Shown: one piece after another, positions 21,431-33,520 of the stretch | Numbering within the stretch: the stretch's first letter is position 1 | Layout of the letters: every line of letters begins with the position of its first letter | Notes under the pieces: generated by a model | What the model was told of the DNA's origin: nothing | The model's input: the letters and a program-made list of their open reading frames with translations, nothing else | Database searches by the model: none | Made by a program: the position numbers and the translations under genes | Source: Octopus bimaculoides | Taxonomy: Eukaryota | DNA length: 53,470 nucleotides | Assembly: GCF_001194135.2 (NCBI RefSeq) | Contig: NC_068995.1 | Location: forward strand, 32,835,436 to 32,888,905 | Direction: 5' to 3'

Positions 21431-22900
21431 TATATATCATCATCATCATCGTTTAACGTCCGCTTTCCATACTAGCATGGGTTGGACGATTTGACTGAGG
21501 ACTGGTGAACCCAGATGGCTACACCAGGCTCCAATCTGATTTGGCAGAGTTTCTACAGCTGGATGCCTTTCCTAACGCCAACCACTCCGAGAGTGTAGTG
21601 GGTGCTTTTACGTGCCATCAGCATGAAGGCCAGTCAGGCGGTACTGGCAATGGCCGCGCTCAAAATGGTATATTTTATGTGCCACCCACACAAGGGCTAG
21701 TCCAGGTGCACTGGCAATGATCTCGCTCGAAAGTCCTTACACATGCCGCGGGCACAAGTGCCAGAAAAGTGACACTGGGCACAGGTGCCATCACGACTTC
21801 ACTTTTGCTTGCCCCAACAGGTCTTCGCAAACTGAGTTTCGTGTCCAATGAAGGAGACGACGTCGAATTTAGTACGATTTCGATTTCACTTGCCTCAACA
21901 GGTCTTCGCAAGCGGAGTTTAGTGTCCAATGAAGGGAAGGTANNNNNNNNNNNNNNNNNNNNNNNNNNNNNNNNNNNNNNNNNNNNNNNNNNNNNNNNNN
22001 NNNNNNNNNNNNNNNNNNNNNNNNNNNNNNNNNNNNNNNNNNNNNNNNNNNNNNNNNNNNNNNNNNNNNNNNNNNNNNNNNNNNNNNNNNNNNNNNNNNN
22101 NNNNNNNNNNNNNNNNNNNNNNNNNNNNNNNNNNNNNNNNNNNNNNNNNNNNNNNNNNNNNNNNNNNNNNNNNNNNNNNNNNNNNNNNNNNNNNNNNNNN
22201 NNNNNNNNNNNNNNNNNNNNNNNNNNNNNNNNNNNNNNNNNNNNNNNNNNNNNNNNNNNNNNNNNNNNNNNNNNNNNNNNNNNNNNNNNNNNNNNNNNNN
22301 NNNNNNNNNNNNNNNNNNNNNNNNNNNNNNNNNNNNNNNNNNNNNNNNNNNNNNNNNNATGAAGCATGGCTGTTTGTACACATGCCTCATACAGTCTGCC
22401 TTTTACTCTGAGAGAGAGACCCTTTGTCACCAGCAGAGGTAAGAGCTCTCTGAACTTTGCCCAGGCTATTCTTATTCTAGCAGCTACACTTTCAGCGCAC
22501 CCTCCCCCACTACTAACTTGGTCACCTAGATAGCGGAAGCTATCAACCACTTCTAGTTTCTCTCCCTGGAATGTGGCAGAAGTTGTTTTCTGCACATTTA
22601 CAGTGTTTATAGCTCCTGAACATCTGCTACATACAAAAACTAACTTCCTAGTTAACCTTCCTTTGATATTGCTGCACTTCTTATGTGTCCATAGGTTGCA
22701 CTGGGTGCATCTTATAGAGTTTCTACCTACGCCTTTTCTACTACAGATCGAGCAGGGCCATCTACCTGAAGGTGTTTGTGATTTTTCGACCGTCCTACTT
22801 ATTAGGACTTTGGTTTTAGCTAGGTTGATTCTAGTCCTTGCTTCCACACTTGAAACTTCTCTTCTAGTTCTGATAGTGACTCAGCAATTAGTGCAAGGTC
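21431..22900 (-). mobile_element. 5'-truncated RTE LINE: RT C-terminal half, gap, 3' UTR, (GAT)n tail
   Basis: Translation DLALIAESLSELEKKFQVWKQGLES/INLAKTKVL...LEVVDSFRYLGDQVSSGGGC...RIRIAWAKFRELLPLL...KGRLYEACVQTAMLH. There is one deletion-frameshift near 22825, and the UTR contains a ~55-bp duplication. Confidence 0.9.
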
Positions 22901-23695
22901 GTATTACATATATGTGTAATATATATATATATATTACATATATGTGTAAAAAAATCTCATCACGGAATTGAACCAATGAAAGAGTCTCTACCTTGTTGCT
23001 TGACATGCTAAAAATAGCAGCTAAAGTATCCCCCTACCTAAATCACATGCCCATTGCATGTAATGTCCAAGATTATCCCTAAAAAGACCGTTTGCTGAAG
23101 GCTGGAATGTCCTTGATGATCGGTTTGCAGTATCAGGGTTGATTTGAGTCTAAATAACAACATTATGGCAAATTTCTATATTAACACCCTCACGATTTTC
23201 ACTAACAGAAAAAAAACAAAAAAACCCAAATTTGATTTTTTTTGCATAGAATGAAGTACCCTGACCTTCTCATATGCTGCAAATCCCTTATTTTGATTCG
23301 GAAAAAATGAGGTGGGGGCTTCCCCCACCCCCTGCAATCCCGGAATCATTGGAAATTGTTTTTTTCGTTGAATGAATTCCTGTGACCTCCTAATATTGCA
23401 AAATTAGGTTACTTAAGGTGAGCCTGATAACTGATGGTTTTGGGGTTTTGCTGTTTGTAATTTTTGGTGAGCCATGGTGCAACCAACAACATGGTAAAAA
23501 TCCCTGCCATTAATTTGGTGTAGATGGGTAATATCAAATAATTCAATCACAACATATTTAAATTAAACACAAAAGAATTGAAATATTATCATCACTTACA
23601 TGGAAAAATTGGAATATTATCTTACAGTATCTTATAAGGTAAAATCTTACACAGTATTAATTATCTTATAACAGCAATGCCTGGAAAAATCATGG

Positions 23696-24188
23696 ATTAC
23701 ATGGAAAAATGCGAGCATGAAAAGTAATATTATTAAGATTATAAACCTGGAAAGTACAGGACAAGTTATTACACCTGTAAAAGTATAGGACAAGCTATTA
23801 CTTCTAGTAAAGTAAAGAATAAGAAACTTTTTACTTAAAATATTGCAGCTAAAATTAAAGTTTGAATATTAAAACCTATTTTATTATAGTTTACAAATAA
23901 CACTATACTTATTTAAGCAGAATTTGGCTAATTTACTATCTTAAATACAGAAAAAAGTGACTAATTAGACAAACTTACAAATTAGCTGAACAGTTTTGTA
24001 CAATAAATTTGAAATATGAGAACTGTAAAGAGTGATAAATTACAACTGGCATTCTTTTTCTTATTCTTTACTTTACTAGAAGTAATAGCTTGTCCTATAC
24101 TTTTCCAGGTGTAACAACTTGTCCTGTACTTTTCCAGGTTTATAATCTTAAGAATATTACTTTTCATGCTCGCATTTTTCCATGTAAT
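23696..24188. mobile_element. MITE/foldback element with ~131-bp terminal inverted repeats
   Basis: 23696-23826 and 24057-24188 are reverse complements with only about 4 differences, around an AT-rich spacer. The superfamily is unresolved. Confidence 0.85.
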
Positions 24189-24788
24189 ACAGAATGCTGT
24201 ATATGACTTTTACCTGAGAACGTACGTTAAGAATGTAAAAATAGAAAACAAAGCTATGTAGGCCTATAGACAGACTTATGACCAGTCAATCGGAACCAAT
24301 TGTGGTCGTAAGTCGATGATGACCTGTATAGGGCTGAACAGTTGACCGTAATTATATGTACATATGAGATGCGCACTCACACACACACAAACAAACACAC
24401 TCATACCAACTACATGAATGCAAGTTTATCCACACACACACACTAAGCGAATCTCAGATCCACAAATTCTGAAAACTGTTTATGACACGGTGAAATTCTA
24501 TAAAAAAATTAATAAGAGAGAGAAACACGCGCGCGTACACACACATTTATATATGAATTTTTCGTTTTTACATTTGGCTTGCAAGATTCTTGACGTGAAC
24601 TCGTGCGATGAAACAGATCCTGTATGCAGGACGGGTCATTATGCTGCGCCTCCCGAGATACAATGTATATGAATTTACATACATGCATACGCATTACATG
24701 TGTGTGTATATACATGCACACACATACATGTGCGTACGTACATACATATATACATGTATCGATCAATCTTTATTTGCTTTACACACAG

Positions 24789-24820
<32 letters not shown>
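24789..24820. repeat. (AGAT)n microsatellite
   Basis: Read directly from the sequence. Confidence 0.9.
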
Positions 24821-25069
24821 CAAAGGCTGGTTTCCCGAATTCTTTGACTAAATATTCCCTTCACCTCTGGTCTGTTGCAGGATTACTCAGTTTTGCCAGC
24901 TGAGTGGACAATGCCAGGAATCGAAACCACAATCTCACCATCACGAGTGCAACACACGTAGCCACTATAAACAGTCATGTTTAAGTTTGTTTTATCACGA
25001 TCTTACATTTACAAACATATTGCAATTTAAGAAAAAAAAAACATTGTGGATTTTATATAAAGATAAGAC

Positions 25070-25190
25070 GGCGGAGGGGGGAAAGAAAGAGTAGCCAATG
25101 AAATCGCTCTTAATCTTAACAACCAATCAATGACTTCCTTTTCAAAACATTCAAAAAAGCACATGTTTTAGTGTTGGGCTACTGGCATGG
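25070..25190 (+). promoter_or_regulatory. Candidate TATA-less promoter with two CCAAT boxes (25095, 25123) and an ETS-like ACTTCC
   Basis: The motifs are seen directly, in non-repetitive and relatively CpG-retaining sequence upstream of a strong donor site. Confidence 0.35.
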
Positions 25191-25191
25191 T

Positions 25192-25250
25192 ATGGCGCAC
25201 GTACATGGCGATCAGAAGCTGAAAGATGCCATAGAAAAACAAAATGAGAG
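25192..25250 (+). CDS. Candidate first coding exon (MAHVHGDQKLKDAIEKQNE...), product unknown
   Basis: An ATG with G at +4 opens a frame that reaches the donor GAG|GTAAGA (phase 2). No homology was recognised, so it could instead be a uORF in a non-coding exon. Confidence 0.3.
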
Positions 25251-26356
25251 GTAAGATGGTTACTATTGAATCACTCAATCTTTATTTGCTTTACATTGAA
25301 TGTTCTTATTCCATCAATTGCTGATGATCGTGAGAACGTTAACCGTTATACAAACAAATCGGCCTTTTTTAATCCGTCAGTCAGTGTGTTTGTGTATACA
25401 CACACACTCACATCTATGTGAGTACATGCGTATGGGACTGCGTTCAGATTTGTATTTTCGTGTTAATATTCTACAATTACTAGATTCTTTATCATTTGTA
25501 GTAAATGAAATTGATGATTTACTATTACCTATCCGAAGATTATGTTTCTTTCTACAACTTACTCCTTACTCATCGTTTGTAATTCTCTTTACATTCACAT
25601 GTGTACTCGCCTACATTTCTGTGCGTGTATGTATATATCGCTCACACATACACGGTTGTACTTTTAATAACTTCTTAGTTTAAACGGTAATCTTAAAGAG
25701 GTGTGTTTTTGACGTTTTTGAAATATTTTAATAAAACTTACTTGCTAGACTAAGCACAATTTAGACGATTATATGTAAGAGAAAAATTTCTTTTATTTTA
25801 TAGTTGGAAGGTTTTGAAACTTTAAATACTTTTAACGTTTATAGTGATCGCTTTTTTTTGTTTTCTTTATCTTTCTACAATCTAAAAATACTTAGAACTT
25901 TCTCTTTACCAAATTTGAGTTTCATATTCTTTATTAACTAACGATATTTTAAATTATGTTTTGGCAAATTAAGTTTACGATTGATTTCGATTTTTTAAAA
26001 TTTTAGTAGCTTGCAATGTTTATTAGGAAACGAATGCTAAAACTTATTTCTTTTCTGTAAATCATAACTGCCAGTTTTTTTTGTTTGTTTTGAAAAAAAG
26101 TAGCTTTAAAAAATGCTAGTGTTGGAAAAATATCAACGACACATGCACACATTCTCATGAAAAACATCACAACTAATAATTTTCTTTTCGTGGAAATAAA
26201 TGTTTATGATAATTAAAAAATTTGCCTGCGCAAAAGTTGTACATATTTGTGTTATATACTAATAAAGAGAACCCTTATTTGAAATCGACGTTGAGAGTAG
26301 ACTTAGTTTATTCTCTTTAGTTGAAGTAGATAAATATATAATTCTGGCTTCTAATT

Positions 26357-26800
26357 TTGGTACAAGGCCAGCAGTTTCGTAGGAGGGGGTTAAGTCGATT
26401 ACATCGACTGCAATGCCAAACCGGTACCTATTTTACCGTCTCCGAAAGGATGAAAAACAAAGTCGACCCCGGTGGAATTTGAACTCAAAACGTAAAGACG
26501 GATGAAATGTTACTAAGCATTATATACAAACACACACACACACACGCATAAATATATATGTATGTATATATTTACGTGGCTGTGTCCCCCCCCCCCCCTC
26601 GCTTGACAACAGATGTTGGTGTGTTTGCGTCCCCGTAACTAGCGGTTCGGCAAAAGATTCCGATCAAATAAGTATTAGGCTTACAAAGAATAAGTCATGG
26701 GGTCGATTTGTTCGACTAAAGGCGGTGCTCCAGCATAGCCGCAGTCAAATGACTGAAACAAGTAAAAGAGTAAGCATTTTGCCTGGGATGCTAACGATTA
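26357..26800 (-). mobile_element. SINE family B interrupted by a family A insertion
   Basis: The family B sequence resumes after the insert. TAAGCATT is duplicated at 26514-26521 and 26771-26778. Confidence 0.75.
26522..26770 (+). mobile_element. 5'-truncated SINE family A (microsatellite plus tail), nested
   Basis: The tail is identical in layout to 27480-27670, and an 8-bp TSD flanks it. Confidence 0.8.
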
Positions 26801-26811
26801 TAGATTTTTCA

Positions 26812-26990
26812 ATTTTTGCACAAGGCCAGCAATTTCAGGAGTTGTGGTGGTAAGTCGATTACATCGATCACAGTTCTCAACTGATACTTATTTTATGGAC
26901 TTCGAAATGATAAAAGCAAAGTCAAACCTCGGCGGAATTTGAACTCAGAACGTAAAGATGGACAAAATGCTGCTAAGTTGGTTTAAGCGA
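26812..26990 (-). mobile_element. SINE family B
   Basis: ttgcacaaggccagcaattt...aagtcgattacatcga...cggcggaatttgaactcagaacgtaaaga. Confidence 0.75.
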
Positions 26991-27270
26991 CTAAAATGGG
27001 ATCTTGACCATAAGTTCATTTCACCCATATCTGCGAAAGGAGCATACCATCACCACCAGCGTTCCCCATCACCACTACCACCATCGTATCACCACTACCG
27101 CCATCGTATTGTGTTCAGCTACGCTACAAATCTAATCTGTTGATCTGAGCACATCAGGAAAGAGTCCAGCTAGGCCCCACAGGTAATATAACACGTGTTA
27201 CTGTATACACACCTTACTTAGCTTTAATCATGAATCTGGAGTCAAATTTTTTTTTTTTGTTACCGATCAT

Positions 27271-27670
27271 AGGCGCAGGAGTGGCTGTGGTAAGTAGCTT
27301 GCTTACCAACCACATGGCTCTGGGTTCAGTCCCACTGCATGGCTCCTTGGGCAAGTGTCTTCTACTACAGCCTCGGGCCGACCAAAGCCTTGTGAATGGA
27401 TTTGGTAGACGGAAACTGAAAGAAGCCCGTCGTATATATATGTATAAATATATATGCGTGTTTGTGTGTGTCTCCCCCCCCCCCCAACATCGCCTGACAA
27501 CCGATGCTGGTGTGTTTACGTCCTCGTAACTTCGCGGTTCGGCAAAAGGGACCCATAGAATAAGTACTAGGCTTACAAATAATAAGTTCTGGGGTCGATT
27601 TGCTCGACTAAAGGCGGTGCTCCAGCATGGCCGCAGTCAAATGACTGAAACAAGTAAAAAAAGAGAGAGT
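27271..27670 (+). mobile_element. Full-length SINE family A (CORE-like)
   Basis: The head aggcgcaggagtggctgtggtaagtagcttgc...gggttcagtcccactg carries A/B-box-like segments. It is followed by ccttgggcaagtgtc, a microsatellite and the conserved tail, with CpGs retained. Confidence 0.9.
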
Positions 27671-27876
27671 ATAGCTACTTCGTAAAATTTATTAGGCAAG
27701 CATATCGTTATGATGCCAACTTCCAGATCGTTCCCAGTTCGATTCGCAACCTGTTTCGTGTTTGATTCCACTGCATGGTACCTTGGGCTAGTGTCGTTAA
27801 CTATAGTCCCAGGTCGACTCATGCCTTGTGAGAATTTGGTAGCAGGAAACGTCGCGCGCGTGTTTGTACCTACGTG

Positions 27877-27947
27877 TACACACACACACACACACACACT
27901 CACTCACTCACTCACTCACTCACTCACTCTCTCTCTCTCTCTCTCTC
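27877..27947. repeat. Compound microsatellite (CA)n(CACT)n(CT)n
   Basis: Read directly from the sequence. Confidence 0.9.
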
Positions 27948-29262
27948 AGATATAGATATGGATGTGTGTGTTCATCCCTTAGCGATTTAGCAAAAAAGAG
28001 ACCGACAGAATGAGCATTATTTAAATTAGAAGAGCATGTGTAAACCTGATCGGCTAAAAACACAACAAAGTGATGTTCAAGCATTGACTGAATCAGAAAA
28101 AACGCGCGCGCACGCGCACAAATTCTTAGCGTGTAGTGAAATGCATAAAGCATAAGAAACGGCGAGCAAGTTTCCTCTGCTGTTTCATTCTGGTCTTTTC
28201 TAGGTGGTCCTTGATTTTCCGATGATCATGACTTGGCTGTTTTTACAAACCATGCGGTTGACAGTCACAAAATGAACCCTGTTAGTGGTTGGGGTTTGCA
28301 TTCAGGACTTAAATTTGTATTTCCAAGTGACTTTGAGGATCTTCTGTAGTCATCATAGATGGAATACGTCCCGGGTTCTTGACTCATTTTGCTAATATTT
28401 CCCATGTTATAATTGTTATAATCATACATGCATTTATATGCTTCCCAACCACATGGTTTTTCCCTTCACCTTAGGCAAGTATCTTCTCAATAACCTGGGT
28501 GCCTAAGGCGGCGAGCTGGTAGAAACGTTAGCACACCGGGCGAAATGCTTAACGGTATTTCGTTTGTCTTTTCGTTCTGAGTTCAAATCCCGCCGAGTTC
28601 AAATTCCGTGCTGCATGTGTTTATATATGTATGTATGTATATATGTATGTATATATATATCTATCTCTCNNNNNNNNNNNNNNNNNNNNNNNNNNNNNNN
28701 NNNNNNNNNNNNNNNNNNNNNNNNNNNNNNNNNNNNNNNNNNNNNNNNNNNNNNNNNNNNNNNNNNNNNATATATATATATATATATGCATATATATATG
28801 TATATACATATATATATATGCATATATATATGTGTGTATATATGTATATGCATATATGTATATGCATCAAATGCAATGCATTGACGGAACTGTTGGACTA
28901 TCGAGGAATATACTTTGTGATAAATCATCTGGCTCTATGTTCAGTTTGGCATGAGTGACGAAACACTCATGCCAAACTGTATTAATCAGCCCAAGCTGGC
29001 CGCTCTTTTCCTTTGATAATGATAGGTGGCATGGAGAGGGGTAAATTTGCATGTATAGGAAAGTGTCAGTTTTCCTGAAAATACTCTTCTCTGGCCTGCG
29101 CATATGTGCAGTGTTAAGCCGATGGAGACCCCTAAGTTGTGTGTATATCGGTCAATATAAAGATCCTCACCCGTTAACAAAATTTTTTTAAAATTCCCAG
29201 CCTGCTGGGTGTTAACAACTGTGTAGGAAACGAATATGAAAAAAAAAATTGCGCAAACGAAC

Positions 29263-29404
29263 CTTGGGTGGAGAAATGACTTTTGGAAAATTCACAAGAT
29301 CCGATTTTTCCCTCATAACTTTCAGGAAATGAGTACCTTCTCCGCCCTCTATTTATGGAAGAGTCGTTGAGCTCCTCCTTGGCCACATCAGCTGCAACCG
29401 TCAT
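29263..29404 (-). CDS. Candidate coding exon (MTVAADVAKEELNDSSINRGRRRYSFPESYEGKIGSCEFSKSHFSTQ), product unknown
   Basis: Non-repetitive sequence with balanced GC and a protein-like composition, ending at a weak donor AAG|GTTCGT. No homology was recognised. Confidence 0.3.
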
Positions 29405-31616
29405 TAGACTATCCAACTGGGATCTCAAGCGTGACTAACTGAGACTATGAATATTATCGTAACATCTCGTTCATGGTTTACCCCTAAGTCTTCTGTTGGT
29501 TGGGTCGGCATGAAGAATCCGTATTGCGATTCTAATAACGTCAGTAGTACCCCCTCCCACTACATCAGTAACATCAGTCTACATTCGTTACTTTAATATT
29601 TGTTTTTCTTTCTGCTGCGTGTAACTCATTAAAAGCTCTTCAAATTTTAGTAGATAGTTCCTTTTACACATGGATCTCTGCGTTTAATCACTTTTCTATA
29701 TACACGCAGTGCTAAAACAACCCCCCAAACAATTAATGTTTTTTAATCGATTGCTCTTTCTTTCTCTCTCTCTCTCTATAGATACACACACATACATATT
29801 TATATTCACATACATACATGTATGTATGCATACATACATATAGAAAGATAGAAGACAACAAATGTATAAATGAATTTAATGTAAGACAATCTGACATGAT
29901 GAGTACTGTGTGTTGTAGGCAGAATGATGTGTGGCGAGATAGATAAAAAGATATTAAGAGCATATGCCATTCTCCTCATATTGCCCTGAAGAAGTCAGTC
30001 AATATAAACTTCAAATCTGACGGCCTCCTTCCATCTCTCTCACTCATTGAATATATTATACTATTATACCTCAGTTTAAAAATAGGCGTTGGTCCCGAAC
30101 ACACCTACTATTTTCTGTGTTTAAAAAAAATATATATTTATAGTGATCCGTTCTTCTATTTATGTAAATATCTGCTTTTATGTTCAAGAAGCTTAACTTA
30201 TTAAATTATAAGTAGCCAGAACATCATGACAATAAATGCTTACTAGGACTTTGTTACGAAGTAAAATCCCACAAAATATAATGCTTGAGTTTTGATTCTG
30301 TTTATCAAAAAAAAAAAAGGTGTTGATTACATTCTATGTACATATATGAGCGCACACGCACACGTGTGGGTGAGTCCCATTATGTTTGTTCCCGTCACCG
30401 CTTGACAACCGATGCTAGTTTGTTTACGGTCCTGGGTAGAATTCTGGTTTAAGCATTCCATATAACCCTTCCTCTAGTTTAGTTTTGGAATTTTCAGGAA
30501 GTTTTTGCGAATTTGTGTTGTACACACGCGAATTCATACGATTTTGAAAAAAAAATTGAATTTGTCACATCGATCCCATAAGTACTAAAACTTCCACTCT
30601 TTTTCGAATTTTTTGCTTGAATCCCAACAACGGACCACCCTTCGGTGCATGATCATTCCATAAAATGATTTTATGGTGAGAAAAAGACTGAAAAACAACA
30701 TCAATACATATCAAACTGAGAAAGAAGCGAGGACGATATCAGGTGGTCGTTAGATGTGTTAAAAACAACAGCTAAATTGCCTTAAATCACAGCCACAATT
30801 TTTTTTTTCCATTATTGTATGAATTCCTGTGTGTAGAACATGTTTTCCTTAGGGCTCGCTTAGGGCCTCTGACGATTTCAAACTTAGATAAATTTGAGGG
30901 TGGAGGATCCACAGCTTTCACTAGTTTCAAACTCTGTCGGATCAAATGTGTAGAGACTGAGTTGATTGTGGTCTTTTCTGAATTTCATATCGTTTAGGGT
31001 TAGGAACGGAATTCCCTAACCGTAACCCTTACCCTAAACCCTTCAAAAGAAATTGCGCTCTCTGTATCTCTTTCGCTTTTACGACGTCGTTTCCCTCTTT
31101 CTCTCCAACACTTTTTACGGAAAAGGCCGATCTTAGATAAAGATCGCCGAAGACACTTTTTACGGAAAAGGCCGATATTTCGTACTGGTATCGAAAGATC
31201 GCCCATATCCTTAGCATGCAAAGCTTTTTGAAACGGACACGAGATCGAGAAGTGAAAGTGTCTACGACTGTCAACCTTTTATCAGCCGTTTCCTTTATTT
31301 CAAAAGGGAATCTTTAAAAGACTTAACTGAAATAAAGGTCGCCAAATTCTGAGCCAGAGCTGTTTCACTATGCTAACCGTTGTTAATTCAAAATTGTTGT
31401 TGGCTGAAACGGTAGACCGCTTGGCTAAATGGTTTGCGGGATTTAATTTGTGGTTGGTTGAAAGGGTTAGCAATATTATTTATTCTATTACTTGTTTCGG
31501 TCATTTTACTGCAGCCATATGCCAGAGCACCTTCAACATTTTATGGAAAAACTCTGGTTTTATTCTCGGTTCAAATGCTGTTGACATATTTTTACTACTC
31601 CATTTGAACAGTATGC

Positions 31617-31728
31617 ATTCTGAGTTCAAATCTTGTTCGTGTAAGCTTTGCTCTTTATTCCTCTGGGCTCGAATTCTGAGTTCAAATCTTGTTCGTGTAA
31701 TCTTTGCTCTTTATTCCTCTGGGCTCGA
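31617..31728 (+). repeat. 56-bp tandem duplication inside a degenerate SINE family B
   Basis: 31617-31672 and 31673-31728 differ at one base. Confidence 0.9.
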
Positions 31729-33485
31729 TAATATCAGGCTGTGACAATAAATGCATCAAGCTTTGCTATTGTATGTTCATTTTGAGCAATAGACATAAAA
31801 AGGCAAACACCAAACGTCTCAGCATATCAGTTAAAATTTTTTTTTATCTGAGTTGTGCATATAATTAGCCTGTTTGAGAGAAGAGAAAGGTTTAATTTTA
31901 GGCCGAATGCTTGTAGTAGGATGAACTCCGCTAAAAGACACCAAAATACTAGGTCAGTTGGCATTGTTTAACCAGGTGACAGATTAAATCTGTCCCCATA
32001 TAGTCATGTATTATGTTTAGAGATCAACAGCTTTTATGATTTTTCACATTTGCATGGGTATGTTGTATATCTTACGTATAAAAACATCTTTGTGTATACC
32101 ATTTCCATCACTGGCATTGATTATGTGGGCAAAAATTAAACAGACTGTCCGAGGCTCACAGTGAACCTTTTCAGCAGTCCATCTGTTGCCAATTCTTCAT
32201 ATTATTGCAATTGTCTTAGTATTATTGATTAGCTGTCATTTATCTACAACAGCTTGTTCATTATATTTTCCATTTTCATGCTAATAATAAAAATCTCAAT
32301 TGAATTAGTAAATCACTATCATCAACATTTGTATCTTCTTTCGTTACTATTGAATACTGAATGGATTTCCCCTCATAACCATGTGGTAAAGCATATTTTT
32401 TCTTCTTTATTTCTTTCTTTATTTAAACTCATTTGTATATTATTCAAACTGTGAAGTGAGAGAAAGATAAGGCAATGACTGAGTAAAGAATCCAGTTTGA
32501 TAAATATGTTCATCTTTTAATCATTATTGCGAGCTGAAAGTTTCTTATAGATGAACTATCTCTAATAATAATAATAATTTCACATCTCCCTTCTCGTTTG
32601 GATTTTATCTTCAACGACTTGACAGTGTTTATAAGGCTTACACTCTTTTAACTCCATGCTTTTCTTCTCATAATTTATTTTTAGAACTTCCTGCTTAAAA
32701 ATCATCCCCTAACTCTATTTACTCTTCTTTCTCTCACTTGGTGATTGAGAAATTTAACTATTTTTATTCTTTTCCATACCTCCATTAACCTCCCTTCCCT
32801 TTCTAGCATTCCTACAGTTTGTCCAAGGTACTTAGCATCTCTTATGTCTATCTCCTCCTCCTCCTCCTCCTTTCGTCCAGGGCAACCTGACAGCTACTTG
32901 TTGCTTTGAGTTCCCTGCTGGCTTTCAAAGCTGCTTTGAACTGTTCACTTGGTGGCCTTTCATTCTAATTTGCTTTCATGGTGCATAAACTTTTACCACT
33001 TACATTTGGCAGGGTGGTAGTGGTTTAACTCAGCCTTCAACGAGCAAACCTATGATGGAAAGCTCACCAGTCGTAACCATTCCGTTTTTTCTTTTGTGCA
33101 GGGACCCAGGACTTCATTATCTAAACCGTATTTTGCTTGGACGTTGGGTTGCGGATTTGAATGAAATTTGGCTGTTATTTCTAGTATGTTTTGTGCCGAT
33201 ATGGAGGCTTCTTTGTTGGCTCGTTGGGCGGAAGTGGTCCTGTTAGGTGTCAAAGGACAACAGTATACTGTTTCATAGGAAGTGTCTTGCTTGTGCCTGT
33301 GATTCATGAAAAGTAGATTGAGAAAAAAAGAAAAAGAAAAAAAAGGAGGGAAGCAAGAGCCTGGGTGTAGCTATGTTAAGAGTGGTTGAAATTGAAAGTT
33401 TTCCCATTTATGAATACAGAGGCTTTATGAAATATTTGAAGTAGTTCTGTAATGAAGACTGAATCCGGCATGCTTATTGCTGGTG

Positions 33486-33520
<35 letters not shown>

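Noticed and set aside
28204-28215. In-frame TGA as a selenocysteine codon
   Set aside because: The context matches no known selenoprotein motif and no SECIS was identified.
28564-28958. YIYI/CVCV-rich ORFs (also at 24.5, 27.6, 35.2 and 51.2 kb)
   Set aside because: These are translations of TA, CA and TAG microsatellites.
33050-33307. 85-aa minus-strand ORF
   Set aside because: No recognisable domain or splice support. It may be repeat-derived.
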